Source: Bacteroidota bacterium (GTDB lineage Bacteria > Bacteroidota > Bacteroidia > JAADEI01). From it: a DNA stretch of 59,852 nt. The translations under genes were made by a program, and so were the position numbers. How positions within the stretch are numbered: the first letter of the stretch is position 1; each line of letters opens with the position of its first letter. The stretch lies in NCBI GenBank assembly GCA_026992635.1, contig JALWYU010000047.1, positions 1 to 59,852 on the forward strand, given 5' to 3'. A model generated the notes under the pieces. That model did not search any database. It was not told the origin of the DNA and worked only from the letters and a program-made list of their open reading frames with translations. Of the stretch, positions 34,531 through 44,185 are shown piece by piece.

Positions 34531-35352
34531 CTATGTCCTATCGGATGCACCACGCTCAGAATATGCTGTGAACCACATGAAGAATTCATTCCATGCGGCA
34601 AGAGAAAGTTCTTCGGGTCGGGCTTCCCGCCATGCCACATCTTCGGGAAGAATGCGTTGCCAGATTTGCCGGACGCTTGTTTTGAGTTTTTTTCGCCGGT
34701 ATTGAAAGATGCGTCGGAGCACCCATTCCATCAGTTTCAGGTCGTAGGGCAGGACAGGCTCAGGACGACGAACCACGCGCAGTACGCTGCCCCAGACCTG
34801 GGGTGGCGGACGAAACGCACGCGGCGAAACATCACCCATTTTCTGCACCTCAAACCAGTTGTGCAGCAGAATGGTCAGGGGGATGGCTCGGGGATTCCTG
34901 CCGGGCTCACCTACTAAGCGATTCGCCACCTCCCGTTGAATCATCAAAACCGCTTCCACAACAAGTGGATAGTAGGCAATGATCCGGCGAAATACAGGGG
35001 CGGTAATCCGGTAATCCAGATTGCCTACGATGCCAAATTGCTGTCCGCCAAACAATTCATCCCATGCCACCTGCAAAGCATCGCCGTGGATTACGCGCAG
35101 AGAAGGAAATCGGCGCTGTAAATAGCCGACCAGTACCGGGTCAATTTCTATTGCGGCAAAGCACTGGGCATCAGCCAGAAATCGCGTCAGACTCCCTTTG
35201 CCCGGGCCAATCTCCAGTAAACACGTGTACTCTTTTTTCCACAATTGAAGTGCTTCAACGATTCGTCGGGCAATGCCCACACTTTTCAAGAAGTGCTGAC
35301 CCCATTTCCGACCCATTGGTTCATTCTCCTTGAAATTGCATACACCCAGCAA
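34531..35352 (-). CDS. rsmA: 16S rRNA (adenine1518/1519-N6)-dimethyltransferase
   Basis: Has KWGQHFL, the SAM motif LLEIGPGKGSLT, and IVGNLDYRIT (an NLPY-like motif). The probable true start is ATG 35316 (MGRKWGQHFL). Confidence 0.85.
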   Translation of the reverse strand: MLGVCNFKENEPMGRKWGQHFLKSVGIARRIVEALQLWKKEYTCLLEIGPGKGSLTRFLADAQCFAAIEIDPVLVGYLQRRFPSLRVIHGDALQVAWDELFGGQQFGIVGNLDYRITAPVFRRIIAYYPLVVEAVLMIQREVANRLVGEPGRNPRAIPLTILLHNWFEVQKMGDVSPRAFRPPPQVWGSVLRVVRRPEPVLPYDLKLMEWVLRRIFQYRRKKLKTSVRQIWQRILPEDVAWREARPEELSLAAWNEFFMWFTAYSERGASDRT

Positions 35353-35373
35353 GCGTTGTTGATCTGGTAGAGG

Positions 35374-36483
35374 CTATGTGGTGGCTGCAGGAGATGACGA
35401 GGAAGAATCCGTTTCTTCCTGTCGCTGAGCAGGTGTTGTTCGGGAAGCAACGCATGCACAGCACAGGTCAAAGAGGAGGTATGCCGCTAAGTCGGGGTCC
35501 GTACCCGTTGCCCCGCCCTCACAGATATCAAAGCCCACAATGCGCTTACCATGGCGAACCAGCATATACAACAGCTCCTGCACAAAGGAGTAAGGAATGC
35601 CACCGGGTACGGGCGTACCCGCCCTTTCTACAATGCCCAGTTCAAAGACATCCAGATCAACAGATAGATACACCCGATCCGTGGGTATGCTTGCAATCAG
35701 TTCATTGAGCCATTCGTAGAGGCGTCCGCAGAATGCAGTCCGATGAATTGCCAGAGCAGGATACACGTGGCAGTGCGGATGGGCTTGCAAATAGGTGTAT
35801 TCTTCCGGAGAAACAGCGCGTGTCCCCACAAAGATCAGTGCCGCGGGGGGTGTGGACGCTTCTAACAGGCGACGAAATACCGTTGCATGCGAATACTGTA
35901 AGCCCAAATAGCGTGTCCGAACATCTGTATGGGCGTCCAGAATCAGGAGTGTCGTGTCCGGGTAAACACCGGACAGTGCCTGCCAGGCTGACCACGTCAG
36001 CGTATGTTCCCCGCCGATCAAGCCAAACCATTGTTCTGGCAACCATACGCGAATCATTTCGCTCAATGCTTCCAGCATTGTTTTCATTGCCTGGTCAATG
36101 GTTTGTACTAAGGATTTGGGCAGGGGTTCGCCGCGCTCGGCTTTTTCAATCAGGCGGCGCATAGCATCTCGGGTTCGGGCATTGCCCTCTACGATATCCT
36201 GGCAGGCGGGCAGGAGTCCTGGCGGATTCCGCCACAACTCTACCTCTGGAAATAACCAGGAGTGCAATTCCACCTGGTAGGAAACGTCAATGATTGCGTA
36301 GGGTGCCTGGGCAGTTCCTTCTTTGTGTGTCACGGTGGCTTCCAGTGGAACCGGAATCACGACGCCAGGTGCTTCTTGCGGAATTGCTTTCAAGCCAAAT
36401 AGCAGGCCGCGAATCCCCGGTAGATTGTCATCCATAGGTGGACAGGCTTTTTCCGATGCCCGGTCTGGGCATCTCCGGAGCAA
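35374..36483 (-). CDS. Arginase/agmatinase/formiminoglutamase-family metallohydrolase
   Basis: Mn-binding motifs are GGEHTLT, LILDAHTDV and SVDLDVF. The substrate cannot be assigned. The C-terminal tail is Ser/Thr-rich. Confidence 0.75.
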   Translation of the reverse strand: MLRRCPDRASEKACPPMDDNLPGIRGLLFGLKAIPQEAPGVVIPVPLEATVTHKEGTAQAPYAIIDVSYQVELHSWLFPEVELWRNPPGLLPACQDIVEGNARTRDAMRRLIEKAERGEPLPKSLVQTIDQAMKTMLEALSEMIRVWLPEQWFGLIGGEHTLTWSAWQALSGVYPDTTLLILDAHTDVRTRYLGLQYSHATVFRRLLEASTPPAALIFVGTRAVSPEEYTYLQAHPHCHVYPALAIHRTAFCGRLYEWLNELIASIPTDRVYLSVDLDVFELGIVERAGTPVPGGIPYSFVQELLYMLVRHGKRIVGFDICEGGATGTDPDLAAYLLFDLCCACVASRTTPAQRQEETDSSSSSPAATT

Positions 36484-36534
36484 TCCAATCCAAATTGCCT
36501 TCTCCTCTCTGGCTTGTTGTGGTTGGAATTGCGA

Positions 36535-39500
36535 CTATCGCATGAGTATTCCTGAGAGGGTTCGTCCTTCCGATTGGATAAGGACGATGTACATTCCGGG
36601 GTTCAGGGCAGAGACGTCCAGGGTTATGGACTGGAAGCCTCCCATAGTTGTGTGCGGACGAAGTGTACGCCAGGGGAGTACTGCTTTCCCCTGCAAATTG
36701 TAGACACCTACGCGTACTTCAGCCTGGACAGACTCGCTGTTCCCTACTGGTGGAAATAGAACCAGTACATGCCGAACGCCATATGCTGGATTGGGCAGAA
36801 TCCGGATTGTTTGCTGGAAGGCAGTGCCGCTCGTGGTCGGTACAGGTGCTTCTGTTGTGGCGGTGATCAGATCTTCCACGGGCAGGTTCCAGGCAAAGAA
36901 CCCGCGTCCATGTGTTGCCAGGTAAATCGTGTATTGGCCGGAGCTCCATGAGCCGTTTGGCGGCTTGGGAATCACTTCCATCATGACGACGGGCGGTGTG
37001 CCCAATCCCTGGGTTGCGGGCTGCCAGGTGGGCGTGCCTGCCGTGGCGTTGGTCGTAACCCAAACCCCGTATTCTGTGCCTACCAGTATCGTGTCGGGTG
37101 CACCCGGATAGGCAATTGCGTCAAATACAGGCATTTCGGGCAGGTCGCCATCAACTGGCGTAAAGGTTGGTGAGGGTGCCTTAATATCCAGTGATTGAAA
37201 GACATGGGCTTCTGTTCCTCCGTATCCACCACCGGTTACGACCAGCCGATTGGGATTCAAGGGGTCGGGTGCTAGCCCGACCATCACCCGATTGAAAGTC
37301 TTTACGACCGAAACCGTGATCCCCGCCGCCGCCGCATCAAACGAACACACATAGTTATCCAGGCAATTGTTGTCGTTGCTGGGGCAGGATGCCAGATCTT
37401 CAAAGTAGCAGTTGTAGATGTTCCCCAGGCGGGCTGTGCGCAATCCACAGATCCGGATCAGGCGTGACGTGCTAAATCCGGAGCCTACCGCCAGAAGGAA
37501 CGCGCAATCGCCATCTGCCGAATAGTCAATGTCCGTAATGTAGTACCCACCCGACTGCAGGACAAACCATTGCGGCGAAATCCCTGTCTCCATCACTGTG
37601 TTGGACACGAACACCGAATCCAGCGTAACCAGCACGGCAATGTGTCGGGGACCGGGTAACACCAGTGAATCCAGCACCAAGAACACCAAAGAGTCATAGG
37701 GAGGTGCCAGATCGTGGGTGTCCCGGACTAAGACACGGTCCCCAGGCAGGGTATCATTCAGCCGAAACGTTACCTTGTACATCACATCCCGATAGGACGT
37801 GTCGGTGTCTTCCCAAATACGCAAGGGATGGACAAACTGCGATTCGTTACCCGTGCCCGGGCAGAGATCGCCATCCGGATCCGTTACCTGGTCAAACAGG
37901 CTGGAGATACCCATACTGAATGGTGTGATCTGACTCAATGCACTTTTTGCGAAGCAACCCAGGAAGGATGCCGCCAGGGCTTCCCGCGTAACTGAAAAGA
38001 ATGCATAGCCACCGTCTCCGCCCAGAATATGATAGCCATAATAGGGTGTCAGGGCAAGGAATGGAATCAACCACGTACCATTATCCTGTGTTCCTCCGGC
38101 GGGGATACCCAGCGTCCGGTGCACGGCAAATGCATAGAATTGAGTTGTTACCAGACCTTTGTTGGTTTCGCGGAAAGTGAGTCCGCGATCCTCGGAGCGA
38201 TAGACTCCGCCATCGTTGCCTATCCAGATTAAATTGGGGTTTGTAGGATGGAAGGCGATGGCATGGAAATCCACGTGGATTCCATAGGGTGGGAAGCCCG
38301 ATGGGCTATGCCAGCCCCGGTCCGGCGTCCATCGGCTCATGACAATGCCCCCAACAAACAACAAATCAGGATCATGGGGAGAAGCCCCAATCATGATGTC
38401 GTAGAAGCCCTGACAATGTCTGCGCTGTGTGGGATCATCAATGCTTACATAGCAGCAAAGTTCCAGATAGGGGTTGCTGGTGGTACCGCCCATACTGCCC
38501 GCTCCAATTAATTCCCAGTTCACGCCACCATCGGTTGAGCGCCAGATGCTGTGCAGTCCTCCGAGATAGCCAATACTGTGCCCATCTACAACAACCATGT
38601 ACACAGTTTGTCCTGAGCTGGCAAAGGCAATTCGTGAGAGGCTACCGCCTAAGCCAATTGTCCCTGTGATGTCTGTGAATGTGGTGCCACCGTCAGTTGA
38701 GCGATAGACACGTTGCTTGGTGGCGGCAAGTACGGTCAGTCCGTCATCCAGGACTTCCACATCTACGACGACGGAGGAACCCAGCAAGCCGGACACAGGC
38801 GTCCACGACTGACCTCCATCTGTACTGATTACCAGTCCACTGTATGTCGCGGCGAAGAGCTTCCCTCCACCCCAAGCTAAGGCATTAACAAAGGACCACT
38901 GCTGGCTAAATGTATTGGGCGTGGGCGTCGTACTGGGCAAATGAGTAAACGAATCGGGTGTGACCGAAACATAAATTCCTTTGCCGGGCAAGCCGGAATT
39001 CAACGTAAATGCCAGTGAGTTGAGTTGATCGCTTGCCGCGAAGTATTCACCCGTTCCCACGTAAATCTTGCAGGTGTTGGGGTCCTGCGTAATTGCGGAG
39101 ATGTTGTAGTTATCAATGCCTTTGACGAGGCGCCAGTTCTCGCCTAAGTCTTCGGACAGCCAGAGTCCGCCTGAGGCAGCCCCGGCGTACAGTCGGTTCG
39201 GATTGCAGAGATCTATCCAGAGGGCGCGGATTCGTCCACCCCGATTGATGGGACCAATATTGCGCCACGTGAACTGCGCCGCATTGCGCAAAACCTGCAT
39301 CCGTGCTTCTACTGCTTGCCGATACCGGAGGAATTCACTCAGGGAGAGCGTACCGGTTTCAGGGTTTGCCCGGCGTAATGCCCACCACTGGTTTGCTTTC
39401 CCCCAGACTTCGGCTTCGCCGGCTTCGTCGCCAGGTGCCAGCTTGTGGATGGGGGTGCTCACCTGGAGGTGGCGCGTATTGTGCCAGGCGCGCCACACCA

Positions 39501-39570
39501 GCAAACCACTGCCGACGACGCCAGCCAGAACACACGTACCCAGCCACACAATAAAGGCTGTTCGCCGCAT
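36535..39570 (-). CDS. Large secreted BNR/Asp-box repeat protein (sortilin/HCF136-like propellers) with a Por/T9SS-type C-terminal sorting domain
   Basis: It has an N-terminal signal (MRRTAFIVWLGTCVLAGVVG) and Asp-boxes STDGGQSW, STDGGTTF, STDGGVNW and SEDRGLTF. The C terminus reads ILPNPAYGV...GVYNLQGKAV...LNPGMYIVLIQSEGRTLSGILMR. Confidence 0.75.
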   Translation of the reverse strand: MRRTAFIVWLGTCVLAGVVGSGLLVWRAWHNTRHLQVSTPIHKLAPGDEAGEAEVWGKANQWWALRRANPETGTLSLSEFLRYRQAVEARMQVLRNAAQFTWRNIGPINRGGRIRALWIDLCNPNRLYAGAASGGLWLSEDLGENWRLVKGIDNYNISAITQDPNTCKIYVGTGEYFAASDQLNSLAFTLNSGLPGKGIYVSVTPDSFTHLPSTTPTPNTFSQQWSFVNALAWGGGKLFAATYSGLVISTDGGQSWTPVSGLLGSSVVVDVEVLDDGLTVLAATKQRVYRSTDGGTTFTDITGTIGLGGSLSRIAFASSGQTVYMVVVDGHSIGYLGGLHSIWRSTDGGVNWELIGAGSMGGTTSNPYLELCCYVSIDDPTQRRHCQGFYDIMIGASPHDPDLLFVGGIVMSRWTPDRGWHSPSGFPPYGIHVDFHAIAFHPTNPNLIWIGNDGGVYRSEDRGLTFRETNKGLVTTQFYAFAVHRTLGIPAGGTQDNGTWLIPFLALTPYYGYHILGGDGGYAFFSVTREALAASFLGCFAKSALSQITPFSMGISSLFDQVTDPDGDLCPGTGNESQFVHPLRIWEDTDTSYRDVMYKVTFRLNDTLPGDRVLVRDTHDLAPPYDSLVFLVLDSLVLPGPRHIAVLVTLDSVFVSNTVMETGISPQWFVLQSGGYYITDIDYSADGDCAFLLAVGSGFSTSRLIRICGLRTARLGNIYNCYFEDLASCPSNDNNCLDNYVCSFDAAAAGITVSVVKTFNRVMVGLAPDPLNPNRLVVTGGGYGGTEAHVFQSLDIKAPSPTFTPVDGDLPEMPVFDAIAYPGAPDTILVGTEYGVWVTTNATAGTPTWQPATQGLGTPPVVMMEVIPKPPNGSWSSGQYTIYLATHGRGFFAWNLPVEDLITATTEAPVPTTSGTAFQQTIRILPNPAYGVRHVLVLFPPVGNSESVQAEVRVGVYNLQGKAVLPWRTLRPHTTMGGFQSITLDVSALNPGMYIVLIQSEGRTLSGILMR

Positions 39571-39606
39571 GAACCCTCTGCTTTTGGCTGTACTGTCTGC
39601 CTTCCC

Positions 39607-40668
39607 TTATTGTAAAGCGGTAGAAAAGGGGCCGCCTGCTCCCCTCTTCCAAAAAGGTAGGGTAGAAAAAAATTTTGGCAAATACCGGTTGGCGGGTGGA
39701 CGAACATGGCGCTCGGCATGGTACGACGAACGCACTAAGGGTGCGCTTTCTACCTGGTCAAAGCCCCGTTTGAGTGCTTCCTCTTTGTATTCTTCAAAGC
39801 GCTCTGGTGGAACATATTCCACGACGGGTAAGTGATGCGGTGTGGGTTGCAGGTATTGTCCGATGGTGAGGACCTGACAACCTGCTGCACGCAAGTCATC
39901 CATAAGTTGCAGGACTTCTTCTTTGCGTTCCCCTAATCCTACCATAAAGCCGGATTTGACACGCAGTCCCCGATCGGCAAAGTACCGGAGGACAGCCAGA
40001 CTGCGCCGGTAGCGTGCCTGGGGTCGGACGACAGGGTGTAAACGCTCCACCGTTTCCATATTGTGGGAAACCACTTCGGGTGCAACCGCCACGATTTCTT
40101 CCAGTGCCTGGATATCACCTTTAAAATCGGGTACAAGCACTTCTAAGGTCATGTCCGGGTTCAGTGCGCGGATTGCCCGGACGGTGGCTGCCCACAGTCG
40201 CGACCCGCCATCTTTCAGGTCATCGCGGTCAACAGAAGTGATGACGCAGTGGCGGATTTGCCAGCGGCGCAGGGCGAGAGCGACGCGCCAGGGTTCATCC
40301 CAGTCAATCTGGAGGGGGCGACCCGTCAGGACAGCACAAAATCCGCAGGAGCGCGTACAGACGTTGCCCAGGATCATGATCGTTGCGGTACCTGCCCCCC
40401 AGCACTCACCAATATTCGGGCAATGTGCGCTCTGGCAAACCGTGTGCAGCTGTAAGGTATGGATGGTCTGGCTGACACGCTGGAATGCCGCGTTGGCGGT
40501 GAGTCGTGTCTTGAGCCACGGTGGTTTTTTGCGTACAGTGTGCCGGGTAGACCTGTCCGATTCGGACGTCTGCGTCTGCTGTTGCATAATCTGTGCGTAC
40601 CGCCGCTGGAATTCATTCAGGACATGCTTATGGCGTTCTCTGGTTTGTGTCAGGGTTGGCTCCTGCAT
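39607..40668 (-). CDS. lipA: Lipoyl synthase
   Basis: Has the radical-SAM cluster CTRSCGFCAV, the auxiliary cluster CQSAHCPNIGECW, and TSVDRDDL. Confidence 0.9.
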   Translation of the reverse strand: MQEPTLTQTRERHKHVLNEFQRRYAQIMQQQTQTSESDRSTRHTVRKKPPWLKTRLTANAAFQRVSQTIHTLQLHTVCQSAHCPNIGECWGAGTATIMILGNVCTRSCGFCAVLTGRPLQIDWDEPWRVALALRRWQIRHCVITSVDRDDLKDGGSRLWAATVRAIRALNPDMTLEVLVPDFKGDIQALEEIVAVAPEVVSHNMETVERLHPVVRPQARYRRSLAVLRYFADRGLRVKSGFMVGLGERKEEVLQLMDDLRAAGCQVLTIGQYLQPTPHHLPVVEYVPPERFEEYKEEALKRGFDQVESAPLVRSSYHAERHVRPPANRYLPKFFSTLPFWKRGAGGPFSTALQ

Positions 40669-40674
40669 GGTGCC

Positions 40675-41583
40675 TCAGTGGATTGCCCGGTAACCCATGC
40701 CAAACCGCAGGTACGTGGAAGGGAAGAAACGGGAGGCGCGTATAGGTTCCACCATAATGCGGATTTCATCCAGAAATGCCAGAATGGTAAAGCCGCACTC
40801 TATGAAGTAGATGCGTGTTTCGCGCTGGACCCACTGGAAGCGCAAGCCGGCTTCGCCGTACAGTCCTGGAATGAATCGTCCCTGTCCGATTCCCGTCCAG
40901 AAGCTGGCGCGTGAGACGATTCTGTCCTGGCGAAGGAATGCCGGGTGGGTCGCGTCAATTGCCCGGTAGGTACAGGTGCTGTCGCTTTCCAGATCGTTGA
41001 TCAGCAACATGTAGGGTTTCAGGTAGGCGAGGGTTACTCCGCCAGTCAGGACTGTCCAGAGTTGGGCGCCCCGAAAGACTGCCCGGTCAAACAGCATGTG
41101 CATGTGTGTTCCGTAGCCCCCTGCCAGCAGAACTGTGTTTTGTTTTCCGGGTATGTAGGGCTGGGCATTGATCTGGCCACAGGAGCCCTGAATCACGGGC
41201 TGGACTTTTCGTTCTCGGGGATGGCGCAATTGTCGGAGGAAGATACCCCATCCCCACCATTTCCGGTATTCCTTTGCGCGGAGAAACTGGACGTCTAACC
41301 ACCAGCGCCATTGCGAGAAATGAATAGAAGTAGCCCAGGCACGTGTGTAGACGAAGCGGTCTGCCAGATCAATGTCTGTTGTGCTTACCCTGGGGGTGTG
41401 CCCGAGCGGGTTGTATGCGGTCTGTGGAGTGTTGCCTTTATGGGCAGAGAGTGGCGGTATGCCCACTGCGGCAATGCTCAAGCTGGTGATCAGTATCAGA
41501 TGTAGTTTTGCCTTTCGGAGTGTGGCACGCAAGATGTGGCGTGCGTACTGGTGAGTTCGCCCCAAAGGGGTTGTACCATTCAT
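40675..41583 (-). CDS. Hypothetical protein, possibly an outer-membrane beta-barrel
   Basis: 302-aa ORF with an N-terminal hydrophobic segment (LHLILITSLSIAAVGIPPLSA) and an aromatic-rich alternating sequence. I recognise no family. Confidence 0.5.
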   Translation of the reverse strand: MNGTTPLGRTHQYARHILRATLRKAKLHLILITSLSIAAVGIPPLSAHKGNTPQTAYNPLGHTPRVSTTDIDLADRFVYTRAWATSIHFSQWRWWLDVQFLRAKEYRKWWGWGIFLRQLRHPRERKVQPVIQGSCGQINAQPYIPGKQNTVLLAGGYGTHMHMLFDRAVFRGAQLWTVLTGGVTLAYLKPYMLLINDLESDSTCTYRAIDATHPAFLRQDRIVSRASFWTGIGQGRFIPGLYGEAGLRFQWVQRETRIYFIECGFTILAFLDEIRIMVEPIRASRFFPSTYLRFGMGYRAIH

Positions 41584-41629
41584 GAGGCATTGGGTGTTGG
41601 GGGTCTATGGGGGAATGGGTGCGGTTGTG

Positions 41630-41893
41630 TCATGAGGAAGATGGGCTGGCGGGCATTTTCAGAGCGGCGTCTTGCGCCTGTGTATTCTGGGTTGTGGTAG
41701 CTGGGATTTCAGGCTGGATGCATTCAACAGTTGCTGTAGCGGGTGTGGCTTTTTGTGGGTGGAGCGTGATTTGTCCTGGACACCCTGTTCGCTGGCACGA
41801 ACCCTTGATCAGGAAAAGCGTACCAGTTGCGATGAGCAATGCCCGTCCCGCCAGTGAAAAGATCCGGTATGGCGTCCTGTTCTGGCGCTTCAT
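41630..41893 (-). CDS. Possible small lipoprotein (87 aa)
   Basis: Starts MKRQNRTPYRIFSLAGRALLIATGTLFLIKGSC, a basic n-region, a hydrophobic core and a G-S-C lipobox-like site. It lies in the otherwise empty gap downstream of sufD. Support is weak. Confidence 0.35.
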   Translation of the reverse strand: MKRQNRTPYRIFSLAGRALLIATGTLFLIKGSCQRTGCPGQITLHPQKATPATATVECIQPEIPATTTQNTQAQDAALKMPASPSSS

Positions 41894-41975
41894 GGTTGTG
41901 TCCGATTTTGCCTGCGTTCACCACCTTTTTTCAGAGAATTTACGGAAGAAAAACGAAATGGCGTGGGCAAAACGT

Positions 41976-43313
41976 TCAGGGGTTTGGTGGCGTTATCCGT
42001 GCGTTTGCATATAACGAGCTTGCTTCCAGAAGTTTTTTCAGTGTGGGCAAAGCCTGTTTTTGGAAGTGGTCAATCAGTGCAGTGAAAGGCTTGGGCACCT
42101 CCTCAGGAAACGATCCCATCAAAAAGCCCTTAAAGAGGAGCAGGTAAGCCTGTGCTTCGGGGATTCCTCGTGTTCGCATGTAGTGCAGGAAGGGCTGGGT
42201 GGGAAAGCCTGTCACTGCGCCATGTGTGCATCGCACCTGGTCAGCAAGGATTTCCAGCTGGGGTAATTCGTGGACGGTTGCGTGTTCCGAGAGCGGAATC
42301 CATCGTGCTGATTGGTAGGCACTTGTCTCCTGAGCCCGGGGATGGACAAAGATTCGTCCCTGGAAAGTGCCGGTTTGATGCCAGCCCACTACTCCGCGAA
42401 CTTCCTGGTTGCTGGTAGTTGTCGGTGCCATATGCAGGAGGTGGGTGACTAAGGCGAGGTGGGCATTGGGTCTGTCGGAGAGGCATCGTGCGGTGAACTG
42501 GCTCTGGCTGTTCGGTTCACTTAGCCAGAGCATTCGCCGGAAAAGTACATGGTTGCCTGTCGTGTTGAGGAGGTATTCGTTCCAGGTGGCGTGTTCGCGG
42601 ATATCCACAGCCAGGTGATGCAGGAGTAATGGGGGAGTAGTGGTGTGGGAGAGATGCCACCAGGAGACGTGCGCATCTTTTGCTAAGTGCGCTTCTATGA
42701 CTATGTGGGCAGGGTGATGCCCCACGATGTGTTCTAAGATTGCTACGTGAGCATTTTTTCCGACGGTCAATTGCAGGCGATAGGCGGTCAGGGGTATAGC
42801 TCGCTGAGGGCTGTCCGCATGCCAGATTAACGCCAGCTGAACGTTTGCCCGGTCAGGAATTTCCATCTGGATGACGTGCTCTAAGTGGAGGGTGTTGAGT
42901 GCGATGAGCCAGTCGCGTTCTGGAAAGAGCAGGGCGTTACGGTTCTGGAGTGTGTTGTGGTCTGGCGGCAGTGTTCGGAGTGTAACTGGTGTGTGCAGGG
43001 CTTGTTGTGTGCTGGCGTGTGGGGAGTCTTGCCAGTGTGCGCCCCGGGGTGTGATCACGATAGTGGGCAGAGGTAGGGCGGGCGAGATGGACAGGAGGCT
43101 TCCATTGGGGGAGGAGGGTTGTTCGGTCAGGTGGGTGAGCCAGCGCCAAACCGGGATGCGTCGCCAGTCTTCTTCGCGGGGGGAAGGTGGAGGAAGCGTT
43201 TCCAGTAGCGTACGGATTTCTGCCTGGAAGGGTGTGAGGGGTTCTATTTGGAGGAGGTGGTGGAGCTGGCGTCGTGTTTGCCGGATGAGGCGCAGTGTTC
43301 GTTCGGGTTGCAT
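41976..43313 (-). CDS. sufD: Fe-S cluster assembly protein SufD
   Basis: 445 aa, positioned after sufB-sufC. The C-terminal beta-helix region has LSDRPNAHLALVTHLLH...GRIFVHPRAQETSAYQ...LEILADQVRCTHGA. Confidence 0.85.
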   Translation of the reverse strand: MQPERTLRLIRQTRRQLHHLLQIEPLTPFQAEIRTLLETLPPPSPREEDWRRIPVWRWLTHLTEQPSSPNGSLLSISPALPLPTIVITPRGAHWQDSPHASTQQALHTPVTLRTLPPDHNTLQNRNALLFPERDWLIALNTLHLEHVIQMEIPDRANVQLALIWHADSPQRAIPLTAYRLQLTVGKNAHVAILEHIVGHHPAHIVIEAHLAKDAHVSWWHLSHTTTPPLLLHHLAVDIREHATWNEYLLNTTGNHVLFRRMLWLSEPNSQSQFTARCLSDRPNAHLALVTHLLHMAPTTTSNQEVRGVVGWHQTGTFQGRIFVHPRAQETSAYQSARWIPLSEHATVHELPQLEILADQVRCTHGAVTGFPTQPFLHYMRTRGIPEAQAYLLLFKGFLMGSFPEEVPKPFTALIDHFQKQALPTLKKLLEASSLYANARITPPNP

Positions 43314-43362
43314 TCAACTGTTTTTTTGTGGGTTTCAGGGTTGTGGGCAGGAATCTGGTGGT

Positions 43363-44145
43363 TCACCGGGATTCTGTGGGTGCGTGCAGGTCCTGGAGGA
43401 TGGCTTCATAGCCGCGGCGCTCTACTTCTACAGCCAGTTCGTAGGTGCCGGACGCGACGATTTTGCCATCTACTAAGAGGTGGACGCGATCGGGCTTGAG
43501 GAATTCCAGGATCCGGTAGTAGTGGGTAATGACCAGGAAGCCGCGCTGGTTGTCGCGCAGTCGTTCTACGGCACGGGCAATCAGTTTCAACCCGTCAATA
43601 TCCAGTCCGGAGTCGGTTTCGTCCAGGATGATCATTTTGGGCTGGAGGAGGAGCATCTGGAGGATTTCGTTTCGTTTGCGTTCGCCGCCTGAGAATCCTT
43701 CGTTGACGTTACGGGAGATGTATTCGTCGCTACCGAGGAGTTCTCGGGCGAGTGTTCGGATTTGTTTGAGGAGTTCTGTAGTGGGGATGGGTTCTTTACC
43801 CTGGGCGGCGCGCGTTTCGTTGACGGCGGTCCGGAGGAATTCTATCATGGAGACGCCGGGCAGTTCTACGGGGTGCTGGAAGGCGAGGAAGAGACCGAGG
43901 TGGGCACGTTCTTCCGGGCTGAGTTCCAGCAGATTTTTCTCTTCCAGATGGACTTCGCCCTGGAACACCTGGAATTCAGGGTGACCTGCCAGGACATAAG
44001 CCAGTGTACTTTTTCCGGAGCCGTTGGGTCCCATCAGGGCGTGCATTTCGCCGTGGGGGATTTCCAGGTTGACGCCCTTTAGGATGGTGTGGTCTTCGGT
44101 TCCCGCATGCAGGTTTCGGATACTGAGTAGTGGTTTCTGGTTCAT
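43363..44145 (-). CDS. sufC: Fe-S cluster assembly ATPase SufC
   Basis: Has Walker A GPNGSGKST, the signature FSGGERKRNE and Walker B ILDETDSGLD. Confidence 0.9.
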   Translation of the reverse strand: MNQKPLLSIRNLHAGTEDHTILKGVNLEIPHGEMHALMGPNGSGKSTLAYVLAGHPEFQVFQGEVHLEEKNLLELSPEERAHLGLFLAFQHPVELPGVSMIEFLRTAVNETRAAQGKEPIPTTELLKQIRTLARELLGSDEYISRNVNEGFSGGERKRNEILQMLLLQPKMIILDETDSGLDIDGLKLIARAVERLRDNQRGFLVITHYYRILEFLKPDRVHLLVDGKIVASGTYELAVEVERRGYEAILQDLHAPTESR

Positions 44146-44185
44146 GGCTTATGTGGTTTGACGGTTTTGGGGATGCTCATTGGGT

